Of a DNA stretch of 64,000 nt, positions 26,183 through 40,789 are shown piece after piece. The stretch's first letter is position 1; each line of letters begins with the position of its first letter. This stretch comes from Octopus vulgaris. Its lineage: Eukaryota. The position numbers were made by a program, and so were the translations under genes. Location: positions 148,676,001-148,740,000 of the forward strand of contig OX597814.1 in the NCBI GenBank assembly GCA_951406725.2, given 5' to 3'. The notes beneath the pieces are model-generated. The model was given only the letters and a program-made list of their open reading frames with translations. It was not told the DNA's origin and searched no databases.

Positions 26183-26335
26183 TGTTGCTGTGTGTTAAGA
26201 AGTTTGTTTACCAACCACATAGTTCCCGGTTCAGTCACACTGCGTGGTACCTTGGGCAAGTGTCTTCTACCGTAGCCTCGGGCCGACCAAAGCTTGTTAA
26301 TAAGTTTGGCAGACAGAAACTGAAAGAAACCCGTA
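26181..26335 (+). mobile_element. tRNA-derived CORE-like SINE (family B), 5' part
   Basis: A/B-box-like head, then ACCTTGGGCAAGTGTCTTCTAC. Homologous to 52665-53055, 58498-58925 and 63055-63202. Confidence 0.85.
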
Positions 26336-26434
26336 ATATACATACACACGTATCTATAATATAAGTAATATATATCTATTATTATTATTATATTATTATT
26401 TGATCGAATTCCACGCTTCAAATTCCAAGTACGG

Positions 26435-26477
<43 letters not shown>

Positions 26478-26811
26478 CCAAAAATTGTGCATCCGATGAC
26501 CTTGCCCACCACTGCGCAAGATAACCAGAATCAGCAGACACGTATTGGCCACCCCTAACGCCTGCACAGTTGTCACGCCAATATTTTCATAAATTATTGA
26601 AGGCCTATTGTATCATAACGACAAAAGCAAAATTTGTTTTCTTGAGCGACCTTGGTGCATCCAATCAGTCTCTATACTTAGCACTGGTGTATACTAATGT
26701 GAGCCCTGATGTAGAGCATTCAGATGTACACGTTCCCAAAATATACGATACCATCATTTATATATTATGTTATGTTATATATTATATTCATGAACCAAAG
26801 CCTCTGAAGTG

Positions 26812-26868
<57 letters not shown>

Positions 26869-27032
26869 ACAATTGAGGGTAAAATTAATTAATTATTAAT
26901 CAATTTCGTCAAGTGTTCAGTATATGAGTGAGATTTTCTTTAAGTATTAGAAATAGCTTTAAAAAAGTTTTTTAGCTGCCATTTCTAATGAGTTCAGTAT
27001 GCGGCAAAGTAATTTATTTTACTAAGCCCTTT

Positions 27033-27097
<65 letters not shown>

Positions 27098-27189
27098 CAA
27101 TAATAATATAGGGTGAAATTAATTAATTTGGAATAATCGTCAATTTCACCAAGTAGATTTCGGCATGTAAAAGCCCCATTCGAGGAAGG

Positions 27190-27263
<74 letters not shown>

Positions 27264-27399
27264 TACATATACATATATGTATGTACGTATAATAGAATTA
27301 TGATTATTTATATCAGAAACTATTTATTAAAGCCGAAATATTTATTAAAGGATTCTACTTGGTGCATGACATATATTTATATATATAATAGACAGAAGG

Positions 27400-29730
27400 G
27401 AAAGGAGCTATGGTGGAGTTCCAATACACATCCGTGAAGACCTCACACCCCAGGTCTTTCTGTCATACTCAAATTCAGTATGTGACACGTTGTATATATA
27501 AGACAACACAATATAACCATATGCAACACATACAGTATCTCCCATTTAATGATCCAAACCACGGCAAGTTTGAAGAATGCCTTACAAGAATTAGAGAAAT
27601 CTTCATGAAACTTGAACGCCATGTGAGCGTATTTCCTATAGGTGATTTCAAATTTCCCAATGTCAAATGGCTCGAAGGCCCCATGCTCCCAGGAATGACA
27701 CATTGTAAACAAACCCAGGTGGCGTCCATGCTCAACCTCACCAACGCCCTATTCACGGATCAAGTCTTGCTCTGACCAACTAGGTCGTATAACATTTTGG
27801 ATCTCTGCTTCACAAAGACTATGGACATCGTACAAGATGTGAAAATGACGTCGACATTAGTTTCGGTTCATAACATAATAGAGCTGTCTATGTATGGACA
27901 AAAAGTAAACAGACATACAGCCTAAAGGAAGCACCCAAAATCTCTCTAATCTGAACTTTCACAAAACAAACTGGAAATCGGTCCAAAAAGAGATCCTGAG
28001 GCAGGACTGGCCGAAATATCTCTCCACAAACGACATTGGTATGAAACTAGAATATTTCATGTCTGTTACGCAAACCATATGCTAGATATATGTCCCAGAG
28101 CACAAGGCCAAGATATAAAGGAACTAGATTCCAGGGGAGAGGAAGACGGACGAAATCGCTTCAACCAACATTCCAAAAGTAGAGAAAGTCCAGTCTAAAA
28201 CAACACTGATGTAGTTTGAAAAAAAAGCCTGCAACAATCCTGTGTGATGGATAAAGGAGAAATGTCTTCTTTCATTATGCCAAAGAAACAGCTTCAGTAC
28301 GCTGCAAAATCGGACCCCTCTTCCAAAAGGATTGTTCCCTCACAGATAATCCAACCAGGATCAGTGAGGTACTGAATGACCTGTTCAAAGATGCCTTTAC
28401 TAACCCGTTGAAACACAAACAAGGCAACGAACCAGTGGATTTCTTTGCCGCCCCACCTATAACCAGCGATGCCGTTACGATGTATCACATCGGCATTAGC
28501 GAAGGAGATATACTACTAACCATAGATGAAGTGGTCGCCAACTCAACTGTGGAAGCGTGCCCTGGCGAAACCACAACAGGTTCTCTTCCAGAGCTTTCTT
28601 GCAAATGGCAGGTTTACAAGCAATTTGACAGGGAATAATATGCCCAATCCATAAAGAAGGAAGCAGGGCAGATGCCAAAAACCTATCTCTCTGACTTCAT
28701 ACATCAGCAAACGGATAGTCAGAAAGAAACTAGTTGCGTTCCTTGAAGACAACGACTTGCTGAGTGACACCCAGCATGGCTTCCGACCAGGTAGGAACTG
28801 CCTGACCCAGCTTTTACAGCACTATGACTGGTTGTTGTGGCCGTTACCCAACAACCCAAATGTGTACGTAATATACCTTGACTTTGCAAATGCTTTTGAT
28901 AAAATGCATCATTTTATACGTCTCAAACTGCGTGATCTTGGCATAGCTGAAAACTTGAAAAGTGGTTACATGATTTTCTGAAAGATAGAGGTCAGGCATC
29001 AGTGGCCAATGGAGCCACCTCTATGAACACAAATAGTGAGCGGTGTTCCACAGGGCACCCTTTTGGGACCACTTCTTTTCCTACTGACCGTCTTAGAGAT
29101 ACCCTCAGCTTCCCAGATAGCTACCCTTGCTAGCTACGTAGACGATATGAAAGCCTCGCAGAAAAGCGCATCTGCAGCAGAAGTTGGACTGAAATTACAG
29201 ATGGATTGAGGACAATAATATCCTTTTTAATGCTGAAAAATTGCCAGCCCTGCGCTCTCAGCTTCCAAAACTGAATATAAAACTTACAGGGTACACTGGT
29301 CTACAGGGGACTAAAATCCCAGAGCCTAAATCAGTTAGGTACCTTGATATCGGCATGAGTGATAATACTCCTTTCCAAGTGCACATCACCAGGATGGTGA
29401 CAAAGTGCAGACGAGAAGCTAGATGGATCCAGAAGACATTCAGAACAAGAAAGAAGTAAACCATGATGGTTCTTTGGTGGACATTCATCCTCAGCCGCTT
29501 GGATTACTGTTCCTTGTTATGGTCACTGTGTAAAATTAACTGCGGAACTTGAAGCAATCCAGCGAAGCTTCACAAAGAAGACCGTCTCATTGCAACAGCT
29601 CAGCTAATGGGAAGGCTGAAACAGCTAAGACTCTACTCCTTGGAGAGAAGGCGAGAAAGGTATGCAGTAATATAAATCTGGAAGATCCTTGAAGGAATTT
29701 TCCCAAGTTTTGGCATCGAAAGCAATACCT
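27400..29730 (+). mobile_element. Decayed CR1-group LINE ORF2 (APE endonuclease plus RT)
   Basis: GDFKFPNVKW, PTRSYNILDLCFT, QHGFRPGRNCLTQLL, VIYLDFANAFDK, SGVPQGTLLGPLLF, YVDD, LYSLERRRERY; many frameshifts. Confidence 0.9.
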
Positions 29731-29852
29731 ACAAGTTGATATCAATAGGATGTAGCCGACATAATAAAATAGGATTTTTTATATGCGAACACACAAACGT
29801 TTCCCGTCACCGAACTTAAAGGAAATGTGTGTTTGTGCGTGTGTGTGTTTTC

Positions 29853-29935
29853 GTACGAGGTGGTGGAGCTGAAAAATTCATGGCATTGGTAAAATAAAAT
29901 ACTCGAGGATCATGAATTTATTTATCATATTTCAC
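29853..29935. mobile_element. Mariner-like terminal fragment
   Basis: TACGAGGTGGTGGAGCTGAAAAATTCATGGC resembles TA-CGAGGG..GAAAAGTTCC mariner TIRs. Confidence 0.4.
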
Positions 29936-29944
29936 TCTCAGCTC

Positions 29945-30770
29945 CGCTCTTATTGCACCGGCCCTTCACTCGGGAAACTCGCATCCAGACATTAGGATCA
30001 ATCATCTTCTGAGCAATTCGTGAATCAGTCACAACGGTTTTTTCTTCTCCTAACTGGAATGCGAGGTGTGGACTGATAATGAACAAAGTTGTAATAGGCA
30101 ACCCAGCGAACATTGTGTCACTCTTTAAGCCCTCTGGCAACCCTCTGCCCAGAGATATTTGTTTATTTATCGAAATGATGAACTGCCAAGTTGATTTAGG
30201 CCTGATTTGCACTCGTATCAATGAGAGCCAGAGCAAAGATCCAGAGGTATTCTTTTCGACATCCTAATGACTCAATAAATGCTGTGAAACAACAACCCAC
30301 ACACAGTTTTATAGATATATTATCAAATATTGATTTCAAATTCATGCAACTTAAGTTTCCTGGAGCTCGCAGACATGTAAAACGGAACTACATAAAAATA
30401 AGAGGCATAGATTAGAGTCAAACTACTCTTAGTGAATAATATATATGACCCCTACCAAATGTTCTGCGTGTCACTTTCATTTTATTTTGCTTATTCACAT
30501 ATGTGTATGTATGAATGCACGCATACACATAGCACACACACGCGTATATATACATACATAAGGCTATTACGGCCAACGTTCATTTTCCAGATTGCAGCCA
30601 CCGATTCTAGTCAACGCACACGACAGTTTCACACTCCTATTGCACCGGCCCTTCATTTGGGAAACTCGCATCCTGACATTAGGATCAATCATCTTCTGAG
30701 CAATTCTTGAATCAGTCACAGTCATATTTTTTCTTCTCCTAGCTGGAATGCGAGGTTTGAACTGATAATG
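29945..30770. repeat. ~135-bp dispersed direct repeat (29945-30080 and 30633-30770)
   Basis: Both contain TATTGCACCGGCCCTTCA..GGAAACTCGCATCC.GACATTAGGATCAATCATCTTCTGAGCAATTC..CTGGAATGCGAGG..CTGATAATG. Confidence 0.9.
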
Positions 30771-32549
30771 CTTTCCCCAACCCAAAACACCACCACGTGG
30801 ACTCTGTTGAAACCAGAAAGAAACAGTTATAAACATTTTTATTACACTTAACATTAAGAATTTTTTTTGATAAGGTTTATTATTTTCAAGAACAACCGAA
30901 ACATGTAAAATTTACCTTATATAGTGGCGTTTTCAAACTTCTTTCTTATAAATATATACCCACTCGTATACCACCTACACTTTTTATAAATATATATATA
31001 AAATAAAATACATAATGGGACAAGAACGCAAAACATCCGGACAACTAGGTGATACAAAAAGGGACAACAAAACATCCAGATAGACGATACAAAACAAAAA
31101 AACATGGACGGGTCATTCGAAGCCATTTATCTTCAGTCAAGAACCGGTTCATCCTCGCAATTTCGGCTGATAAATCTTGATATATATATAGGGTTATATT
31201 TAGATTATTATCTTCTTACACATATCTTTGTCACGGCATGGTAAATTTATGAGAGTTAGAATATTTTTTTTAATTCTATTTAAATCCTTAATATAGATCA
31301 CTGAATGCGTACTTATATACCTTGCTTTATATCCAGAAGTAGCTTAAATTTCGTAGAATGTTAATGGAAAACATTTTAGAGCAAATTGTAAGAATGTGTT
31401 AAAAAGAATTAAGAATGAATAATGAGCGTTTTCATTCTATCCATCATGCGCTCGCGAAAACACATTTGCTATCAATAGGAAGATGGTAACTGAAGCGAAA
31501 TGACGAACAAAATGGGAATTGTGAATAATGAGAAAATATACAAATCTAATTTTCTCACCACCCCTGTGCCTCTGACACGAACATTCAAACTCGTATATTC
31601 ATTATTTCCTGATACGGTAGGGTAACTACATGCAGTGACTTATGTGATATTCACTTCTAACACACTTACTGTCTGGAGGGCAACTAATTATTTCAACAAT
31701 CATTTCTGTTTTAGGATATCAGAGAAATAAAATCTAAGTACGACGGATGTCCAATAAACAAGTCATTAATTTGTCTTTTTCTTTTAAAAAAATATTGGTA
31801 CTTATTTAGCATCTCCTGCTATTCTTGCAATCATTTTGTCATCGCGTTTTATTTTATCTAGTGTTATTCGATATGAGAACATCACTTTTATTGCTGCACC
31901 AGAGATACTTGACATAATGAAGCATTCAATCTACCTCTGCAATTGTGGCTCATCTACTCTTCATCATGGATCGTTGTTTCACATATTGTGCCAGTTAGAT
32001 ACAGTACATATATCTTCTAGAAATGTTGTTGTTACGTTAAGAAGCAAGAAAGTGTGATTGAGATCTAACTTGATAAAATTCCATTAGTGGCTTGTCGGAC
32101 TAAAAACTTTTTATTGGTTTCCTTGGAAAATGCTATGTTCAACGTTTTGTTATGTACGGATTCCAAACATGAGATAAATAGGGTAAGTAGTGCATTTTTA
32201 TGTAAGAGACATGCGGTCAGAAAGAGAGAAAGAAATGGGACACAGGGGGAGATATATAGATATTGATATTCTGATTTAAAAACGGAATCTCCAAGCACAT
32301 AAAACTACGTGATGGTAAGTATATATTTTGCGGAAAAGCCCGTTTTGGGATAAAAACAATTTGAAGAAGGCTTAAAAAGTAATGAGCTCCGATAGATTCA
32401 CTGTTCCCCGCCAAACTACGCATACTCCCGTAAGTTTATGAATTGTTATGACGTCAATGCTATGTATCAGTACGCGTGCACGTCAGTAATATACATACAT
32501 ATATATATGTATGTGTGTGTGTGTGTGTGTGTGTGTATGAATATAGCGG

Positions 32550-33510
32550 CACTAGAAGCGATGCCATTTTTCTTTGGCTCATCAGAGAGTTGAATCCAAT
32601 ACTTCACGATCCATAGATCCGGCTGCTTTCTCTGAATGACCTCCCTCAAATGCTTCAAAACGTGACCGCAGAACTCTCCATTAACACTCTGGGGAGACGA
32701 ATTCTCGATCTACAATACCGTGGATGTCGAACAAATGATGAGCATGCTCTTGAGAGCAGCCGCACTGTCGTGTCTTCTTCCGTAGTGGAGATGAAGGCTT
32801 GTTCCATCGTGACGACTGCTGCTTTGTCTCTGGGTCGTGCCTATAGACCCAATTCTCGTTAGCGCTGATGGCCCTCGACATGAAGTACGGGTCATCCACG
32901 GCACGTTGATGGACAACTTGACAGACATCGACGTGATGTTATTTCTGCTCAATGGCCAGCAAGCGAGGAACAAAGTCAGCAGAGACACGCTGCATGTTCA
33001 ATTTAGGCGTTAGGATTAGCTGCACGGACGCATACGACAGACCAACAACATCAGTGATGCTGTTCTTGTCTTCCGCCGATCGTCATTCAAAAGCTGATGA
33101 ATTTTCTCCACGTTTCCGGGAGTGACGCTTGTAACAAGTCTTGCAGATCATTCTTCGTCCTCGAGGGACCTCTTCCACTTTTGAAGACCCCGTGCAACTT
33201 GAAACATGGCGTACAAACCATTGCTTCGTCGCTGTGAGCTTGCTGAAGCATGGTCAGTACTCTATAGCAGACTTCACATGTTTAACTCAAACTTTCACGT
33301 TGTCTTTGTTCCTATCCATGATAAAATCGCAGAATACAGCACAGACGTGATCACAAAGACACAAATTTCGCAACTTGCGAAGTAAATAGAGCGATGTAAC
33401 TCGGTACATTGCCTCATGAATATCACTGCTATTTCTCACTCTGCATGCAACCGTGCGCTGCCATCGGTGGGCACGCTACAGAAATAGTCGGGAAATGTTT
33501 GGCTCTACTT
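32550..33510 (-). mobile_element. Decayed mariner transposon
   Basis: ANENWVYRHDPETKQQSSRW (GDESWVYGYDPETKQQSSQW-like), DIHGIVDREFV and LKHLREVIQRKQPDLW; TIR-like end near 33485-33510. Confidence 0.9.
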
Positions 33511-33995
33511 AATACAACTTGCTGCGGGGTTGGAACCTCGGTGTCTAAATAATGTGTGAGATGATAAACAAAGCTTGTCTGAGGGCGGATGCACTTATGG
33601 AAATCAGCGACCATCCAATACTGTGTACACAGGCTTCATCCTGGTACATATCATGGATAACTGATGACTTTGGTGCAGAAAACAAAGTGACTTCACAAAA
33701 GATCGATATTTTCAACAGTGATCGGGTGAAATAATTCCCATCACGAAATAACAATGTAATTAGGAAAGTAGGCATATTGTACCACATTACTGGGAGTGAA
33801 TGACGCCAATTTCTTATTATGTTATCATTTTAGGAAAAAGAAAACGAAAGCCCAAATGTAAATCTTGCAACTCGATGTTGACTGGTTCTTCTTTCGGTGT
33901 GAGTGTCACCCTTATTCAGAAAATGGGGTTGGTTGTAAGTAAGGCTTCCTTCCTCCTCATTTTACAAAGCATTATTGTTGTATCGTCAATGACGT

Positions 33996-34026
<31 letters not shown>

Positions 34027-34177
34027 ATGTGTATGTGCAAAACTATATCTCAGTAACAAATGTAACCGTACCAAATATAAGCAATGTAATAAGAGTTGGT
34101 TATCTTATGAATGTTCGCACAATAATGCCCCAACGTATAATCAATAGTGAGACTAACGCTCTCATAGTTTGTCCGCG

Positions 34178-34862
34178 AAGTTCGATTTTCCCTATTTTCC
34201 TACCAGGGGCCAACATCGTGGGGACAATTCAGTACAGACAAACATAGATGAGTAAGCGTGTTCGCTTTAACATGGGCTGGTTTACATATGATTAAAATCG
34301 AATATAAATCGAAAAAAGTCGAGTAAAAGGAAATGATATCGAATAAAATGACGCAGGTTAAAAATTTATAATTTCCTGTAAACTTACGAGATGTCGAATT
34401 GACCCACCGGCTTTGTTCGACATTCTATCATGTTTTTCTCGATTGTTATACAAGCCTGGCTTCATTCGCTTGTGGCATCTTTACTACAGGCGTCCATATT
34501 TTCGCAAACACGCTTTGCGACAAGTACCTCGTGTCCAGACACACAAACCCTCGCCCGTGGATGAAGGTAGCCGATGCAATTTCTCTTTTACGCGTCTTCC
34601 ACAGTGTCTATCACCGTGGCTACTACACAGACGAAATACGCCTGCCTCTCCTTGTTAAAGGAAGGAAGCGGTACAATCTTGATGGATCCAGCCGTTAGCT
34701 GTACTCTTTCTCGCGTTAACATCAGCTGTTCAACATCGGCTATCATCTCTCTTATTTCCGCTCACTGCACGAAGACGTGCAGGACAGTTTAATCGTGCTG
34801 CCCGAACTTCAGGCATGTTGGCGGGACCGCACAGCCGTACATTGACAGCCTCTCTAACCTGA
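34178..34862 (-). mobile_element. L1/Tx1-like LINE 3' fragment, copy 1
   Basis: Minus translation VEQLMLTRERVQLTAGSIKIVPLPSFNKERQAYFVCVVA resembles the post-CCHC C-terminus of L1/Tx1 ORF2, followed by a T-rich 3' UTR. Clade assignment is from recall. Confidence 0.6.
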
Positions 34863-35522
34863 GAGTTCGATTTTCTTTATTGGCCCACCAGGGACCAACA
34901 TAGAGGGAACAATGTAGGTCGTACAAACATAGATGTGTAGCGTATTCGCACTAACATGGGGGGCGTGGGGTTAACACAAGATTAAAATCTAAATAAATTA
35001 AAAAATCGAATGGGAGAAAATGAAATCGAATAAACGAGAGGTTAATAATTTATAATTTTCTGTAAACTGTCGCGTTGACCCATCGGCATTGTTCGACATT
35101 CTATTCTATATTTCTCGATGCCTATACCAGCCTGGCTTCATTCGCTCGTAGCATTCTCACTACGGGCGTCCATCTTTGCGACTGGTATCGCCTCTCCAGA
35201 CGGATTTTAGGGGATGAAGGTAACCGACGCAATTCCTCCTTTACCCGTCTTTCACACAGTCTCTTTCAGTATGGCTACTACACAGAAACTACACGTTTAC
35301 TTCTCCTTGTTAAAGGAAAGAGGCAGTACAATCTTGATGATGCTTTCAGCCGATAGCTGTACTATTTGATTTGTTGATATCAGCTGCTGGACATAGGCTA
35401 TCAGCTTCCTTATTTCCGCACGCTGCACGAAGACGTGCAGGACAGTTTCAGTGGCACACCTGCACTTTGAGCATGACGGTGCGAGGGCACAAACGTGCCT
35501 TGCCAGCCTCTTCGACCTGACA
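34863..35522 (-). mobile_element. L1/Tx1-like LINE 3' fragment, copy 2 (tandem with copy 1)
   Basis: Colinear with 34178-34862 (e.g. TTGTTCGACATTCTAT, CCTGGCTTCATTCGCT, CTGCACGAAGACGTGCAGGACAGTTT). Minus-strand AATAAA near the 3' end. Confidence 0.6.
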
Positions 35523-36044
35523 GCTCATTCTATTTATAAGACTTGTTCAGTCCACTGACAGACACGTGCGGGTGTTGTCAGTACATTCCACAACAATTAT
35601 GCTGAGGTGTCACTTGGCATCAAGAACGAAGAAACTGCCGTCATGTACGTACAATACTGAATATGGTATCGAGACAAAAAAATAAACAAACCATCCAGCG
35701 TTATACGTGTTTCTTTGCTTCTCTCTGCCTCTCTCTCTCTCTCTCTCTCTTTCTTTCTTTTATATTATTTATATATTATATGCTGCATTAATATAAATTA
35801 ACACTCTTCCCCAACAAATTATCACCATGTATATATGATTTTACGAATGGTATCAATGATAATGATTAAGACTATGCCAATGATAACAAGTAACGTCATC
35901 ACCGTAGCCATCAGCTTCAGGGTTAAAACAAGCATCACTATCGTCCAATTTATTATGATGTATACCACAATCGATATTATATTAATATTGTTATTATTGA
36001 TGCCGATATAAATGACATTTGTCATCATCAATCTCACAAAAGAC

Positions 36045-36232
36045 AATTATCATCATCATCACCATCGTCGTAGTCGTCGTCGTCATCATCATCATCATAA
36101 TCATCATTGTCAACATGACCACCACCACCACCACCACCGCCATCATCACCATCATCATCACCTTCATCATCGCCACAACCAGTACCATCATCAACATCTT
36201 CATCGTCATCATCATCGTCACCATCAATCATC
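36045..36232. repeat. (CAT)n/(CAC)n degenerate microsatellite
   Basis: Directly visible; source of the poly-His/poly-Asp ORFs. Confidence 0.9.
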
Positions 36233-37485
36233 AAGAAGGTAATCAGGGTTTCTTTTTTTAGTGGAATGAAAGTTATTTTGTTTCATAGAAAGAATGAACT
36301 TTAGTCAATTCATTTTTTTCATTTTGTTCAAGAAACATTTGCAGACTTTCTGGCATCTTCATCATTCTGCGCTCATAGAATGCTGGTCCTTATCAGCCAA
36401 AACCTGAAGGAAGTTTGATTTCAGGTCATCATCATTATTGAAAGTTTTACCATTCAAAGAATTTTGCAAACTTCGAAATAAATGGTAATCTGATGATGCA
36501 AGGTCAGGGCTGTATGTTGTATGTGACATCATTTCTCAACCAAGATTCAATATTTTTCACAAGTTAGCAAAGACATGTGTGGTCAAGCGTTGTCTTGGTG
36601 GAACTCGATTCCTTTACCATTTGCCAAATTTGGCCGTTTTTCTTTTATTGCTTCCTCCAGATTAATTAGTTGTTGACAGTGAACATCTCAATCGATATTT
36701 TGGTTCCTTGGAAACAGCTCAAAATACACAACACCTACATAATCCCACCAAATTGAGAGCATGGCTTTTATTTGATGCCATTCAGATTTCGATGTGTTTT
36801 TTCCTGGTTCATTACGTTTGGATCATGATCGTTTTCGATTGATGTTATTGTAGACAATCCATTTGTCATCCCCAGTGGTGACTCGTTTAAAAAAATTTCG
36901 ATTTCATCGCATTTGAGATGCATATAGCAAATATTGATTTGTTATGTTAAATTAATCCTTTTCAATTTATGTGGAACCGAAATATCGAGCTTCTTAACGA
37001 ATCCAAAATATTTTGAGTGATTTTCAATTGTTGTGTGTGATACATTCAATCTCTGAAATCTCACGTAGAGTTATATGAATAATCAGATTCAACTATGGCT
37101 TTCATTCGGTCATGATCAACTTCAGTAAGTCGACCAGAACGTTGGTCATCTCTGAGAGCAAAATCTCCAGAACGGAATTTTTAAAACCATTTCTAACGTG
37201 TGTATTCTGTTAAGCAATAAACACCGCAAACCTCATATATTTCTTTGTGAGACTCAGCAACTTTTTTGCTTTTGCAGAAATATAAAAAAATACGGCGAAA
37301 TCGTTCGTTCATGTTAAAATTTACACTGAACTAACAGCTATCAACACAATTATGCGCAATTTGTAAACTAAAAGTAAAGGGTAGCAAATGTCAAAAGGAA
37401 AGAAATCAAAACATTGACAAAAGTCATTAAAAAAGATCGTAAACTTTATTTGCGGAAACGAAATTATTTTCTTGCCAACCCAATA
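36232..37485 (-). mobile_element. Near full-length decayed mariner (Hsmar1/cecropia-like, ~1.25 kb)
   Basis: 5' TIR TA-TTGGGTTGGCAAGAAAATAATTTCGTTT. Minus translation gives FHQDNA*PH and YSPDLASSDYHLFRSLQNSLNGKTF. Confidence 0.92.
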
Positions 37486-38125
37486 CAGTTGTGGTAATTG
37501 CAAATGATTTTCTGGGAAACAAGAAAGCAGTCGGGAATCCCAAAATGGTGGACGACACTCTGGATAACTTTGCAGAGTTGGAAACAAATATGAGAATGAA
37601 ACAATACTATTTTTATAGTCACCTTGAGAAATTCAATGAAATCTTGCTGAGAACGTTTCCGTCAGGACATTAAATCAATGGGAACAAAGGTATGAAACCA
37701 GGTGGGACTTGGATGTGATGGTGGATTATTGATGTAATTTGGCTCTTAAGATTCATGAGGTTCAGCACTCAAGAAAATACTTCAAAGCAAAAGTCATAGG
37801 AAAGTAGGCATAAAGCACGACGTAATTTGTCTCTTGAAATTTTAAGATTTTTACTAGTGTTCAGTAGAATTTTTAGAAAAAATTTGGTTGCGAAGAAAAG
37901 CTAATTTCTATGTATGTTTGTATGTTATGCCTTATTCTCCACAAGCTGTTTTATAGAAAAAAAGAATTAGAATCTATGGATGAAGTATCTTAAAATCTAG
38001 ACTTGAAAATAAATGGATGTCGTTTTAGAATTCTTTCTGTGAAGAAAAAAATTTCAGGTATAATGTTTTTCACAGCAGAGGAAAAATAGTTACCCTTAGT
38101 TATCAAAGTTTAAAACCCCCATGTG
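37486..38125 (+). mobile_element. Chapaev3-like (CMC superfamily) DNA transposon, 3' fragment
   Basis: NDFLGNKKA, NFAELETNMRMKQYYFYSHL, ERFRQDIKSM, RWDLDVMVDY*C match the recalled ERFHQDI..MExRYQGxW..MADYCW transposase C-terminus. Ends in GTG (CAC terminus). Family name is from recall. Confidence 0.65.
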
Positions 38126-40734
38126 AATTAATGGCTGAAGTATTTATCACAAAGCATGCGCACACATTTTGTGAGCCTACGTTTATCTATAGAATCGTAC
38201 TTGTCCATGTGAAAAGTACTTATGCACGTGCTTAAGCGCTCGCGCAGGTGTGTCTGTGAGTGAGTGTTTGTAATTCATTGGAAAATATGAAATTGTTATT
38301 ACCGGTACGTGTCCGAAAATAAGCTATTGACATAATCACCTTCGAAGCCAAACATACTGGGAAGTACTAATTACATCCGAAAGCTGACATATGACAGACT
38401 GATTTAACCTACTGTAAGAATTTCGGATGAATAATAATATTCCACTTACAAAGTTTAAAATACTGTTTCCATTTAACCCAAGTCTACAATATTGGCAATG
38501 AAATGAGCTGCAAGGATCCCTTCCTCACAAACGGCACAAATTTGCCTTTCCTCCTTTTCACCTCTTGTCCTCGTCCCTCGATGAGACACTATATAGTACC
38601 TGTTTGTTCTACCAGAACATTTCTTGCTTCAGTTTAATAACGCCCTTTCATTCTCATCGACAAAACTGACATCGAACAGAATGACTTGTCAGTACTATAA
38701 TTTTTATGATGTCTACTTTGATAATTATTTTGGGCCAATATTGCTTAGAATCCAACTAATTCAGATTTATTGCAAAATCTTGGTATGATGGGCACATAGA
38801 ATCAATGAGAAGTGGATAACTTGAAATCTGGATTATGGCATGGGATTATCAGTGATACCATTCATGTTCATATGTTCCCTACATAGCTGCCCCTTCCCTT
38901 CTGTATAGATTACTATGTAGCCTTTTACTTGTTTGCTATGTTCGATAGATATCTGCTAATATAGTAGCTAAAGAAATCTTCGATCTTAATGCAACGACAC
39001 TTTCAAAAGCATATTACCCAGGCACCAGTAATTTCCCTCATATTGCAACTGCCAATATCGCTTAATTATTTCGAACATAGAAGCCCTGCTGCTTATTTTC
39101 TGAAGAAGTAACAATTGTTTAAATTTACTCTCTGCTTAGCTGCTAGTTATTTTACCGACTGTGTGGGGGATGAAAGGAAAAGTGGACGCTTGTGGGATTT
39201 CATCCTAGAACATCATGGGATTCCATCGGCCAATCTATTGATTCTGTCAATCCAGTAATAACAACATTGAAAATATTAATGAGTTCCGGATTGACTGTCA
39301 ACATGGATTATGAAAACATATCTCTTTGAAAAACATAAACAGCAAAAAATGAAATAAAACTCCTGTATCGAAGATCAAATTTTACAAAGCAATTAGATAG
39401 TGGCGTACAGCTAATACATGTTCTTATTATCTCCAAAATATCCTTTTTCAAATAGGAAATGACAACTTACGATCACAATAAAGTAGTATGCACGCAAAAC
39501 AGCAACAAAGCAAAATGAATCGACTTAAAACAAAAGCAATGCTTAATATATCAACTATGACTAACACTGCAAACAGCAATACAAACAACGCACGTCGAGT
39601 CACGATTTATGAGAAATGGCTTAATTTAAGTCAATCACGCTACGATAGCACGTGTAAATCAAGAGTGAGAAGCAATCCCCTTCTCAAGTATTAAACATCA
39701 GCAAAAACTTAGGATGCCTCTTGAAAATTTCCATCAAAAAGTGAATGCTAAAAAGACATACAGGGAAATGCTACATGTATAGTGCCGAGCCAACAAGGAA
39801 GATACTAGATACTTATTAGAAATATAAGATCTGGAAGATAAATTTCCATTAATGTTTAGATTACCATCATTAAAATACATAAATGTACTGGTTACATAAT
39901 CCTGAAAATAATGTTCTAGGAAAGAGAAATACGAAAATATTGCTATTGCTTGCATTGCCGGACGAAAGTTGGATATCCTAATGAAGAAGAAAAAAGGGCT
40001 AAGAACCTTACTGTTTAAAAGAACAGGCAAACAATATTAAATAGTGGCTGCTCTTCAATTAGACTTAATATCTTCAAAATTGTAACGTATTTTTTAGTAA
40101 AATACTCATTTAATATCGTCAAGCAACAGCATTTCATAATATTTCAGATGAGAAAATCTCACTTCGTAAACTATTCCACAATTAGCACGACAAAATTAAG
40201 TGTGACAGGTAGCTATTTTCATTTAAAACGGACTAGCTTCCCCTTGGAATAAATTTACAATATCTCAGCCCGTCACCCTTAGAATTAAAAGTAGTAAACA
40301 CAACGCAATCTCATTTGAATTAGGGAAGGGAAAGTTAACAACTCGCAAAAATATCATTTTATTGAACGATAAAGAATGATCAATACATATGACATTCACA
40401 TAACAAGGCCCAGGGAATAAATTTAGTATTCTTACGAAAACTTAATACTGGTGTTCGCAAATCTCTAATTACACACCGGAAAGAAGAAATACATGAAGTA
40501 AAGACCTCACAATAGACATAAAATGAAATATACTGTTGCTATTTAGAACTGCCAATTCAAATCAAGTATAATACAGTGTATATGTATTCATAATAAATTG
40601 CACCTCAGCAACTTATGTTATTAATATGGTTTTGAATGTGTCTTTATACATATATACATACATACACATATACATGCATACTTACATACATGCATACATG
40701 CATACATACATACATGCATGCATACCTACATACA

Positions 40735-40770
<36 letters not shown>

Positions 40771-40789
40771 CACATACATATATTCATAA

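Noticed and set aside
27130-27190. GGC..GCC-GAAA hammerhead-like segment on the minus strand (similar partial motifs at 26700-26755 and 31110-31180)
   Set aside because: No complete set of CUGANGA box, GAAA box and NUH site with pairing stems.
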